Notes: generated from the letters alone by a model not told the origin. A DNA stretch of 32,000 nt from Xylanibacter ruminicola 23 (GCF_000025925.1 NC_014033.1:2460001-2492000); one strand, 5' to 3'; counted from the stretch's first letter, positions 7,880-15,799 are shown. Numbers and translations: made by a program.

Positions 7880-8845
7880 TTATTGTCCGCCCAGACGTTC
7901 AAAGTAGGGTATCACATCATCCCATGTCTTAAAGGTATCGCTACCAAACTCTATCAGCGTAGCCATGCCATCAACCTTGTGTGTATCAATCAGATAATCG
8001 CCATAGAGCAGTTGTTTCTGGTTGGTAAAAATGGTATGTCCGTAGGCTGGTACGTTGATGTATTCATACAGCCAGGCGTTCACATCGGCATAATCCTTGG
8101 CATCTACCGTAGCAGGAGCCACAAAGTAGAGTTGATAGGTTTCGAGCAACTGGCGGATGGCTTTTTGCGACGAACTGCGTGGTTTGCCATACTGATCAAT
8201 CAGCGTGTTGGTGCTGATATACACAATGGGACGCTCCCTACCCTCCTGTTTATCGTTCACCCAACGGATGACAGGCACCACCGAGTGCATAAACGAGCCA
8301 TCGTTCATACGATGCTCGCCATGAAAACGCACAGCCTGCTGATAGTGATTGCGAAACAGGTCGTAGGTATTCACAGTGGTATCCTCGTCGCCAAACAAGC
8401 CCCAGACATGCTGTTGTTCAGCATCGCTGGTATCGGCAAAGCACTTTTCGGTGATATCCTTATACTCCTTGACCAGGGCCTTGGTAACGATAAAATCCTG
8501 CACGCCGTCCTGTCGTGGGTTCTGAAAGTGCTGGGCACCTATCATACCGTGCTCTTTCATGGTGTCGCCCATCTGCATGGCAGGGTTCACCAGAATGCGG
8601 TCATAGCCATGCAGCATCTCGGCATACATACCCCCCATCGAGGTACCGATAATCAGGTCGGGCTTCTCGGTTTCACATATCTTATATAATAGAGCCATCG
8701 CCTCCTCGGGGTGGATGGGCAGGTCGGGGGCAATCACCTCGGCCTCGGTCAACACCTCACGGATACGAGTTACAGTGCCACTCTGCCCCGACGAGGCAAA
8801 GCCATGCACATACATTACTTTTTTACCTTTAAATAAATCCATCAT
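7880..8845 (-). CDS. YqiA-like alpha/beta-hydrolase (esterase) fused to an NT5C/HAD-like C-terminal domain
   Basis: N-terminal ~200 aa carry VMYVHGFASSG, nucleophile elbow GTSMGG, GDEDT and HGEHRM, an esterase-triad-like layout. The C-terminal ~120 aa (LYFVAPA, NAWLYEY, IFTNQKQLLYGDYLID) resemble 5'(3')-deoxyribonucleotidase-type HAD proteins. The start is ambiguous among 8845, 8842 and 8815. Confidence 0.55.
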   Translation of the reverse strand: MMDLFKGKKVMYVHGFASSGQSGTVTRIREVLTEAEVIAPDLPIHPEEAMALLYKICETEKPDLIIGTSMGGMYAEMLHGYDRILVNPAMQMGDTMKEHGMIGAQHFQNPRQDGVQDFIVTKALVKEYKDITEKCFADTSDAEQQHVWGLFGDEDTTVNTYDLFRNHYQQAVRFHGEHRMNDGSFMHSVVPVIRWVNDKQEGRERPIVYISTNTLIDQYGKPRSSSQKAIRQLLETYQLYFVAPATVDAKDYADVNAWLYEYINVPAYGHTIFTNQKQLLYGDYLIDTHKVDGMATLIEFGSDTFKTWDDVIPYFERLGGQ

Positions 8846-8876
8846 GGTGCAAAATTACAAAATTACCGCGAAAAAA

Positions 8877-8907
8877 TTTGCACGGAACGAAATAATTTGT
8901 ATCTTTG
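8877..8907 (+). promoter_or_regulatory. Bacteroidota-type promoter for aqpZ
   Basis: TTTG (8877-8880), 19 nt, then TATCTTTG (8900-8907, continues as GCA). Lies 45 nt upstream of the ATG at 8953. Confidence 0.55.
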
Positions 8908-8952
8908 CAAGCAAAAATCTACATATCAATCAACATTTTAAACTTCTATGTT

Positions 8953-9627
8953 ATGAAAAAGTATTTAGCAGAAATGGTGGGCACTATGGTGCTCGTGTTG
9001 ATGGGCTGCGGTGTAGCAGTTAGTTTGGGTTGCGACCCAGTAAACAACATCCCCGCTGTGGTAGGAACGGCATTTGCCTTTGGCTTATCGGTGGTGGCTA
9101 TGGCATATACCATCGGTGGCATCAGTGGTTGCCACATTAATCCTGCCATCACCTTAGGCTGCTTCCTCAGTGGCCGTATCAGTGGCAAGGATTGTGGCAT
9201 GTACATGCTATTCCAGGTGATTGGTGCTTTCATCGGCTCTCTGCTATTGTATATACTTACCGAGAATGTACCTGGTTTGGAGGGTACTGGTGCCAATGAT
9301 CTGCAGGCTAACGTAAGCGTGCTGGGCGGACTGCTGGCCGAGATTATCTTTACCTGTGTATTTGTGCTCGTAGTACTGGGCGCTACTGCCAAGACCAATG
9401 GTGCTACCAACAACTTTGCCGGACTGGCTATCGGTCTGTCGCTTATTCTGGTTCACTTGGTTTGCATCCGCTATACAGGCACATCGGTTAACCCTGCCCG
9501 TTCTATCGCTCCTGCCATCTTCGAGGGCGGCACAGCTTTGTCTAATCTTTGGATTTTCATTGTTGGTCCTTTTGTTGGTGGTGCATGTGCTGCAGGTATC
9601 TGGAAACTGATTGATTCAGATAAATAA
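8953..9627 (+). CDS. aqpZ: aquaporin Z (MIP family water channel)
   Basis: Two NPA boxes (HINPAITL, SVNPARSI) and six hydrophobic helices. The ATG at 8953 (MKKYLAEMVGT) is preferred over the ORF-track start at 8905. Confidence 0.9.
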   Translation: MKKYLAEMVGTMVLVLMGCGVAVSLGCDPVNNIPAVVGTAFAFGLSVVAMAYTIGGISGCHINPAITLGCFLSGRISGKDCGMYMLFQVIGAFIGSLLLYILTENVPGLEGTGANDLQANVSVLGGLLAEIIFTCVFVLVVLGATAKTNGATNNFAGLAIGLSLILVHLVCIRYTGTSVNPARSIAPAIFEGGTALSNLWIFIVGPFVGGACAAGIWKLIDSDK

Positions 9628-9652
9628 ATATATAAAAAGGAAATTAACTACA

Positions 9653-10879
9653 GTGAAACAAAACAACGGACTTTTTAGGGCAAACGGCGCCAACTATTTG
9701 GTGCCGTTTGTATTGATTACAACTCTCTTTTTCTTGTGGGGATTTGCCCGTGCCATTTTGGATGTGCTTAACAAACACTTCCAGAACGAGATGCACATCT
9801 CTATCACCCAGTCGAGCCTCATCCAGGTAACCACCTATATGGGCTACTTCCTGATGGCTATCCCCGCAGGTTTGTTTATTAACCGCTTCGGCTATCGTCG
9901 CGGCGTAGTATTCGGATTGCTACTGTTCGGTCTGGGCTCATGGTTGTTTGTGCCTTGTACCGAGGCTGGTACCTTAGATGCTTACCTGTTTGCGCTGTTC
10001 ATCATCAGCGTAGGCTTGGTATTCCTGGAGACTGCTGCCAATCCTTATGTAACAGAACTCGGCGGTAAGGAAACGGCCTCCAGCAGATTGAACCTCTCGC
10101 AGTCGTTCAATGGTTTGGGTTGCTTGTTTGCCACCTTTGCCGTAGGCCAGTTCCTGTTCAGCAATGGTGGTGGCAATGTAGAGGTACCCTACGTTATCCT
10201 AGGATTCGTGGTATTGGTGATAGCAGGCATCTTTGCCCGTGTTGATCTGCCAGAGATACGCCATAACGACGGCCTGGAGGAGAAAGCCAAGTACGGTCGC
10301 GAGCCATTGAAGCGCATCTGGAGTCATAAGTATTTTGTCTATGGACTTATTGCCCTGTTCTCATACGAGGTAGCCGAGATTTCTATCAACAGCTATTTCA
10401 TCAACTATGTTACGGGCATGGGGTGGATGGACGATCGCACGGCCTCGATGGTGCTCACTGGAGCCTTAGCCTTCTTTATGGTAGGCCGTTTTGGTGGTAG
10501 CTTTATCATGCGCTGGGTACCTGCCGAGCAGATGTTGCTTATCTGTGGTTGCGGTTGTGTGCTGTGTACCATGGTGGTACTGATGAACTTTGGTAAGCTG
10601 TCGATGATAGGTCTGTTAGGCAACTATCTGTTCGAGGCGATCATGTTCCCCACCATTTTCTCACTCGCAGTTCGCGGATTAGGCTCACTTACCAAGAGTG
10701 CCTCCAGCATTCTGATGATGACCCCTGTAGGCGGATGCGGCTTCCTGCTGGTAGGTATCATAGCCGATGCCACCGACATGATAGTACCCTTCATCATCCC
10801 TCTACTCTGTTATATCGTGGTTGGTCTTTATGGCTTCGGCCTCACCATCCACCGCGAAGAAAAAGGCTTGCTCGATTAA
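9653..10879 (+). CDS. MFS sugar:H+ symporter, FucP/GluP (fucose or glucose/galactose) family
   Basis: The FFLWGFARAILDVLNKHFQ N-terminal signature and 12-helix layout are typical of FucP-type MFS. There is no ATG near the 5' end, so the GTG at 9653 is chosen (the ORF-track TTG at 9611 overlaps the aqpZ end). The start is uncertain. Confidence 0.8.
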   Translation: MKQNNGLFRANGANYLVPFVLITTLFFLWGFARAILDVLNKHFQNEMHISITQSSLIQVTTYMGYFLMAIPAGLFINRFGYRRGVVFGLLLFGLGSWLFVPCTEAGTLDAYLFALFIISVGLVFLETAANPYVTELGGKETASSRLNLSQSFNGLGCLFATFAVGQFLFSNGGGNVEVPYVILGFVVLVIAGIFARVDLPEIRHNDGLEEKAKYGREPLKRIWSHKYFVYGLIALFSYEVAEISINSYFINYVTGMGWMDDRTASMVLTGALAFFMVGRFGGSFIMRWVPAEQMLLICGCGCVLCTMVVLMNFGKLSMIGLLGNYLFEAIMFPTIFSLAVRGLGSLTKSASSILMMTPVGGCGFLLVGIIADATDMIVPFIIPLLCYIVVGLYGFGLTIHREEKGLLD

Positions 10880-10900
10880 TTCGAGCAAGCTTCTTTTTTT
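10866..10900. terminator. bidirectional rho-independent terminator (transporter gene / tlpA-like gene)
   Basis: GCTTGCTCGA (10866-10875) and TCGAGCAAGC (10881-10890) form a perfect 10-bp stem with a 5-nt loop, followed by TTCTTTTTTT. A/G-rich (AAAAGG) 5' flank gives a U-rich tail on the other strand. Confidence 0.8.
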
Positions 10901-12353
10901 ACAGACTAATATTTCGTATCACGAACACATCCTCGCCATCTCCCTCCCTGAAATCAAAGGTAGCAGGCTTAGTATCAAACGGCTCGAAAGTGAGGGTAAA
11001 ATCACTGTAATAGATGTTAGCCAAGGTACCCTCTGTGGCAGTGTGGGCTTTTACCTTAACAAAGGTGCGTTCGTCGAGCGTGATGCCATCGGCAGCTGTC
11101 ACCTTATATCTCTTGCCATTAGCCGCAATGTAGGATTGCCTGGCCACAGCGAAAGGATACTCCTTCAATGTGTAATAACGGAAACTAACCTTGGTGGCGT
11201 TGGCATCGGCTTCCACCTTCGTCACAACGAGTGCCAGATTAGAAGTATTGTCTTGTGGCAGACCATTGAGCGCATCGTACATGCCCATAAAATAGCCGGG
11301 AACATAGCCCATGGCCTTCCAAACAATACGCTTATCAGGCGAGAGCAATACATAATAAGGCTTAGCATGAACATCGCAATAACTGCTCACGATGTTAATA
11401 CCCTTGAAGCCATCGTTCCAGTTCTTCCAGGCGATACGCTTACTGAACTCGTGCTCTTTCCATTGCGGAAGATCATCTAAGCTGATACCTACTATCTCAA
11501 GCTTACCTTTCATCTTCTCGTAGAAATCTTTCATCTCAGCCTCAGCCATTCTGCATGGACCACAACCTATTGCCCAGAAATCGAGCAGCACATAGCGCCC
11601 ATCGGCAAAGGCATCTGACAGATAATGCTTATTGCCCTGCAAATCGAAGAGTTCGTAATCAACGGCTTGATTGCCTACTTGCAAAAGACGTGGCGGATAG
11701 AGATTTGCATGAATCTCGTCCATTTGGGTTTTAAGTGCTTGGGGCGCATGGGCTGCAAAACGCTTCTCGAGAGCCCTTGCCTGCTCCAGATAAGGGAAGT
11801 CCTTAGTAACCTTTGCCGATATGGAAATCTCGTAAAGCTTTTCTATCGAGGCTGCATCTATGGGCAGCAATGGTAGGATATCGAGCTCGCGTTTGGTTAT
11901 CTCTAAACGTATTGGCTCTGTCTCCTTCCAGGCACCAGCCAACTCCAGCTTCATACATTTTTCCAGCAGATCACGACAATGGTCAACAAGACGGTTCTGA
12001 GTCTGCTGTTCAGGCACATCACTTTCTACTTTCCATAACGGGTAGAGGCAATCGGTGCCAGAAACCTTAACATGAGCGCCAGGTCTCAGTATGACATTAA
12101 ATGTACGGCTGGGACAGCCTTCGCCCATAAAGTCAAGACTAACCAAGGTTACATCTTCTACAGGAACGGATAGCGAGAAGCGGCCGTTCTGAACGGTCCC
12201 TACGTCATGTCCAAGAGAACCCGTGGCAAGACCAATTACGGTGCCATCTTTAACTGCTGGTACTTCACCTGTGATTGTTGCGGTTTGGGTTTGCGCCAGT
12301 CCCATCATTGCGATGAGGGCGAGCATTGCGGTAATAATAGTTTTCTTTTTCAT
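10899..12353 (-). CDS. TlpA-like thiol:disulfide oxidoreductase, secreted, with extra N- and C-terminal domains
   Basis: Signal peptide MKKKTIITAMLALIAMMGLAQ (ATG at 12353 preferred over 12386). Thioredoxin core YVLLDFWAIGCGPCRMAEAEM with a CGPC active site. About 230 aa precede the core and about 130 aa of beta-rich sequence of unknown function follow it. Confidence 0.75.
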   Translation of the reverse strand: MKKKTIITAMLALIAMMGLAQTQTATITGEVPAVKDGTVIGLATGSLGHDVGTVQNGRFSLSVPVEDVTLVSLDFMGEGCPSRTFNVILRPGAHVKVSGTDCLYPLWKVESDVPEQQTQNRLVDHCRDLLEKCMKLELAGAWKETEPIRLEITKRELDILPLLPIDAASIEKLYEISISAKVTKDFPYLEQARALEKRFAAHAPQALKTQMDEIHANLYPPRLLQVGNQAVDYELFDLQGNKHYLSDAFADGRYVLLDFWAIGCGPCRMAEAEMKDFYEKMKGKLEIVGISLDDLPQWKEHEFSKRIAWKNWNDGFKGINIVSSYCDVHAKPYYVLLSPDKRIVWKAMGYVPGYFMGMYDALNGLPQDNTSNLALVVTKVEADANATKVSFRYYTLKEYPFAVARQSYIAANGKRYKVTAADGITLDERTFVKVKAHTATEGTLANIYYSDFTLTFEPFDTKPATFDFREGDGEDVFVIRNISL

Positions 12354-12383
12354 AATGATACAAAATTTGGTTGAATCCGACAG

Positions 12384-12391
12384 CAAAGATA
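12384..12391 (-). promoter_or_regulatory. -7 box for the tlpA-like gene
   Basis: The minus strand reads TATCTTTG (continues GCT), about 30 nt upstream of the ATG at 12353. The -33 position carries only CTTG. Confidence 0.35.
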
Positions 12392-12410
12392 TGAATAAAA
12401 AGGTGAATGA

Positions 12411-12463
12411 TGCAAGTGTTTTTCAGGAAAACTGCAATAGGGGGTGTTGCAAGCGTTTTTCAG
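12411..12463. repeat. 16-bp direct repeat, 15/16 identical, 37-bp period
   Basis: TGCAAGTGTTTTTCAG (12411-12426) and TGCAAGCGTTTTTCAG (12448-12463). A third TGCAA lies at 12433-12437. Confidence 0.8.
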
Positions 12464-12550
12464 CTAAACATCTGATAACATGACAGTTAAACAAAACAGC
12501 AACATCAAAAAAGTGGCTGAGAGGGACGGGCTGATAAGCAAAAAACACCG

Positions 12551-12588
12551 AAATTTCTTGGTCATGTTACGAAAAGACTGTATTTTTG
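12551..12588 (+). promoter_or_regulatory. promoter of regulator 1, with shared AAATTnCTTGGTC box
   Basis: AAATTTCTTGGTC (12551-12563), 17 nt, then TATTTTTGCA (12581-12590). The ATG at 12608 follows. Confidence 0.45.
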
Positions 12589-12607
12589 CACACAAATATT
12601 AATCAAT

Positions 12608-14047
12608 ATGAAGAAACCATTAATCATATTAACCATCATGCTTGTCGTGACAGGTTGTACAGGGTGGCAGAACCCGCTCATCAAGCAGGCTTGGCAGGAG
12701 ATAGACGACAAGCCCGAAGCAGCCAGAACCATTCTGGCCAAGGTGCATTACAACTCTTTGTCGGAGAGCGACAAGGCCGAGTATGGACTGCTGAGTGCAA
12801 TCGTTGACTATGAAACCAGCAGAAAACCTGAAAACGACTCGCTGATATCGGCCAGCATTACCTATTATAATCAGCATGGCGACGATTGGCATCGCGGTCG
12901 TGCCTATTTCTATCGCGGAGCCGTCAGAATGTTTAAATTCGGTAATATCCCCGAGGCCGTGGGCGACTTTAAAGTGGCAGAAACGATTGCAGAGAAATCC
13001 AACGACGAAGAGCTGAAAAGCCGGGTGTACGAACGATTGTTTTATGCCAACTTCTATATCGGCAGCAACACCTCGGTCATTAAGTATGCACGAAAGCTAT
13101 TGAACAGCAGCACCCACCTTAACGATAGCACCATGATGCTGAAAAGCATGCTGATGTGCGCCACCGCCCATGCCGACATGGACAGGATGGACAGCGCATA
13201 CGCCTATATAAAGAAAGGTATAAAGCTGAAGAAGGATGTAGACTGGTTCCGGTTGGTCGATGTAGATGCCAACGGTATCAGATGGTATCTCACGATGGCC
13301 TACATCCGTAAAGCCCAAGGGCAATATGATAGCGCCATAGAACTTGCGAAGGTAGGTATGACCGATATAGACCAGAAGACACGCATGAAAAGCATGCAGC
13401 TGCTGGCCGAACTATACGAACAGACAGGCGACAAGAAGCAGGCAGAAGAGACCAAAATGCAGCTAAAAGAGTACGAAGACTCTATGAAATACGTCAAGCT
13501 GGGCATGCAAATGATAGACTGGCAAAACACATTTGATGAGCGCCAGCAAACTCAGGAGTTCTACAGGCAAACGGCATGGATGCAAGGGGTGATAACCATG
13601 ATAGTCATACTGGCAGCACTGGCCATAGGCATCGGCTTGTGGCTACACCGCCGAAAGGTGCGCCGACTGAGCCACCAGTTGGACGAAGATGCACAAAGCA
13701 CCAACGAGCTGCGTTCAAAGATGGGACTACTTGAGAACCGCATGGAGCGCATATCCAATACACTGCTGATTGGCACACAGATGTACAACCAGTTGCAGCA
13801 GCGCCAATGTATAGCCGAGGCTACAGCCAAAGAACAGCAAAGTCTGGTTGACTACTTTACCCAGCTGCGCCCCAAACGCTGGCAGGAGTGGAAGCGCAAA
13901 TACAGCAGTCTATCCACGGCACAATACATCTTCCTGATTATGCAAGACGACCTGCACTACGACGACGAAGCCATCGCTAATGCCCTGAATGTAAAGCGTA
14001 CATCGGTAAGAAGCATGCGTTCGAGGATTAAGAGCCGAGAGAGGTAA
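12608..14047 (+). CDS. membrane-tethered regulator: lipoprotein signal, helical-repeat (TPR-like) exodomain, one TM, coiled coil, C-terminal HTH
   Basis: Lipobox LVVTGC. About 320 aa of helical, TPR-like sequence. TM helix VITMIVILAALAIGIGLWL followed by HRRKVRR. C-terminal LSTAQYIFLIMQ...AIANALNVKRTSVRSMRSRIK matches the HTH tail of the next gene. Confidence 0.6.
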   Translation: MKKPLIILTIMLVVTGCTGWQNPLIKQAWQEIDDKPEAARTILAKVHYNSLSESDKAEYGLLSAIVDYETSRKPENDSLISASITYYNQHGDDWHRGRAYFYRGAVRMFKFGNIPEAVGDFKVAETIAEKSNDEELKSRVYERLFYANFYIGSNTSVIKYARKLLNSSTHLNDSTMMLKSMLMCATAHADMDRMDSAYAYIKKGIKLKKDVDWFRLVDVDANGIRWYLTMAYIRKAQGQYDSAIELAKVGMTDIDQKTRMKSMQLLAELYEQTGDKKQAEETKMQLKEYEDSMKYVKLGMQMIDWQNTFDERQQTQEFYRQTAWMQGVITMIVILAALAIGIGLWLHRRKVRRLSHQLDEDAQSTNELRSKMGLLENRMERISNTLLIGTQMYNQLQQRQCIAEATAKEQQSLVDYFTQLRPKRWQEWKRKYSSLSTAQYIFLIMQDDLHYDDEAIANALNVKRTSVRSMRSRIKSRER

Positions 14048-14064
14048 GAATAAACTTTTTTGGC

Positions 14065-14102
14065 AAATTACTTGGTCTTTAAAATAAAAATAGGTATATT
14101 TG
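14065..14102 (+). promoter_or_regulatory. promoter of regulator 2, with shared AAATTnCTTGGTC box
   Basis: AAATTACTTGGTC (14065-14077), 17 nt, then TATATTTGCA (14095-14104). The ATG at 14126 follows. Confidence 0.45.
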
Positions 14103-14125
14103 CAGCCAAAACAATTAACTAAAAG

Positions 14126-15799
14126 ATGAGGAAAGAACTACTTCTATGTTTATTGCTGGCTATTACCAACACGATGCTGGCCGATGAGAAACTGAATCTG
14201 GAGGCTTACTGCCAGCAGATTGACCATGCTATAGCCCACTCTGCCGACTATGTGGCAGCACACGAGAAGAAAATTAGCGAGACCAAAAGGGCACTGGCAT
14301 TCGAAACAACACCCAAGAACAAATATCAGATAAACTTTCAGCTTTACGAACTGTACCGTGCTTTTGTAAGCGACTCGGCCATGTATCACCTGACGGAGTG
14401 TATAAAACTGGCCGACCAGTTAGGCGATGCATCGGGTGCCGTAAAATGCCGTGCGCTGATGGCTATCAGATGTTCGAACATCGGTATGTATGATGAAGCA
14501 CTGAACACACTCGACTCGATACATCCCGTGGGTATCGACACACTCTCGCTAGGTATTTACTACGAGGCATATAATAATGTATATAGCGAGCTGGCCTACT
14601 ACACTCGTTTGGAGCACATGCGACAGACGTACCAGGCCAAAGCCGACCATTACAAACAATTGATGATGGACATTCTGCCCCCCACCTACGAAACCCGTTT
14701 TCTGAGATTGGAACAGGCTGCGCAGGGCGAAGGCCGACTGGACGATGCGATGAAGATTAACGATGCATGGCTAAAAACCGTTGAGCCAGGCAGTCATCCC
14801 TATGCGATGGTAGCCCTATACCGCTATATAGAATACAAACTGAGAGGCGACAAGCCCCAAATGATGCACTGGCTGGTTGAATCGGTGTTAGCCGATATAC
14901 GTAATGCCGCCATGGACCAGGGATCGATGTGGGAACTGGCCAACGAACTGATGCTGAACGGTGATATCGACAAGGCATCGAGCTACATCAGCTTTACCAG
15001 CGACTGCGCCAACCGCTACGGATCGCGCCAACGCAACTGGCAGATAGCCCCGCTCCTGACTACGATTGCCAAGAACTACAAAACCAAGAGCGAGCATACC
15101 ACCAACCAGCTACGCATGCTGTTGGTTGCCATCAGCCTGTTGCTGTTACTGCTGTTAGGCGTACTGTTCTTCCTGCGCCGCCGCAACCTGCAGTTGGATG
15201 CTGCCCGTATGGCTCTGAAAGGCAAGAACGACGAACTGGCCACAGCCAACAGTCAGTTAGCCACACAAACCGAAGAGTTGTCAACGCTTAACTCTCAATT
15301 ATCATCTCTCAACTCTCAATTATCCGAGAGTAACCGCGTAAAAGAGGAGTATATCGGCCGATTCATGAGTCTGTGTTCGCAGTATATCGACAAATTGGAC
15401 GACTATCGAAAGATGGTGAACAAGAAGATGAAGAACAAGGAGTTGGAGGATCTGTTCCGTATGTCGAAATCTACCGAACTCAAGGAGAAAGAGCTGGAAG
15501 AGCTGTATCAGAACTTCGACTCGGTATTTCTGCACCTGTTCCCCAATTTCGTGAACGACTTTAACGCCCTGCTACAGGACGATATGCAGGTACACCCCAA
15601 GGAGGAGAACCGACTGACCACAGAAATAAGAATTTTCGCCCTGATACGACTGGGAATCGAAGACTCGTCGAAGATTGCCGAATTCCTGCATTACAGTGTA
15701 AATACCATATATAATTATCGTGCGCGTATCAAAAACGGTGCATTAGACAATCGCGAGAGTTTCGAACGGCGTATCAAGCAGTTAGGTAACATACAATAG
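14126..15799 (+). CDS. DUF6377-like membrane-tethered transcriptional regulator (signal peptide, helical exodomain, TM, coiled coil, HTH)
   Basis: Signal peptide MRKELLLCLLLAITNTMLA. TM helix LLVAISLLLLLLLGVLFFL followed by RRRN. Heptad-rich LATANSQLATQTEELSTLNSQLSSLNSQLSE. The C-terminal LTTEIRIFALIRLGIEDSSKIAEFLHYSVNTIYNYRARIKN is the tail I recall for the Bacteroidota DUF6377 family. Confidence 0.7.
   Translation: MRKELLLCLLLAITNTMLADEKLNLEAYCQQIDHAIAHSADYVAAHEKKISETKRALAFETTPKNKYQINFQLYELYRAFVSDSAMYHLTECIKLADQLGDASGAVKCRALMAIRCSNIGMYDEALNTLDSIHPVGIDTLSLGIYYEAYNNVYSELAYYTRLEHMRQTYQAKADHYKQLMMDILPPTYETRFLRLEQAAQGEGRLDDAMKINDAWLKTVEPGSHPYAMVALYRYIEYKLRGDKPQMMHWLVESVLADIRNAAMDQGSMWELANELMLNGDIDKASSYISFTSDCANRYGSRQRNWQIAPLLTTIAKNYKTKSEHTTNQLRMLLVAISLLLLLLLGVLFFLRRRNLQLDAARMALKGKNDELATANSQLATQTEELSTLNSQLSSLNSQLSESNRVKEEYIGRFMSLCSQYIDKLDDYRKMVNKKMKNKELEDLFRMSKSTELKEKELEELYQNFDSVFLHLFPNFVNDFNALLQDDMQVHPKEENRLTTEIRIFALIRLGIEDSSKIAEFLHYSVNTIYNYRARIKNGALDNRESFERRIKQLGNIQ
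15290..15324 (+). repeat. 21-bp tandem duplication inside the regulator 2 coiled coil
   Basis: AACTCTCAATTATC occurs at 15290-15303 and again at 15311-15324. This encodes LNSQLSS followed by LNSQLSE, exactly one heptad. Confidence 0.85.

Noticed and set aside
8905-8952. N-terminal extensions in the ORF track: 8905 for aqpZ, 9611 for the MFS gene, 12386 for the tlpA-like gene, 15922 for tolC, 17298 for the adaptor, 23518 for GH43, 27583 for C10, 28394 for ald and 5505 for gcvPA.
   Set aside because: Most extensions (9611, 15922, 17298, 23518 use TTG) overlap promoter boxes, terminators or the preceding gene, and add non-signal-like residues in front of obvious signal peptides or conserved family N-termini. 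Internal ATG starts were chosen instead (GTG for the MFS gene).
12391-12483. A 30-codon ORF (MNKKVNDASVFQENCNRGCCKRFSAKHLIT) in the 254-bp gap. I considered it as a Cys-containing peptide precursor next to a thioredoxin gene, an ABC exporter and a LytTR system.
   Set aside because: No promoter box lies upstream; its ATG sits on the -7 box of the opposite-strand promoter. The two 16-bp repeats fall in different reading frames, so the conserved signal is at DNA level. There is no leader or double-glycine motif. It is worth a ribosome-profiling or peptidomics check, but I cannot support it as a gene.
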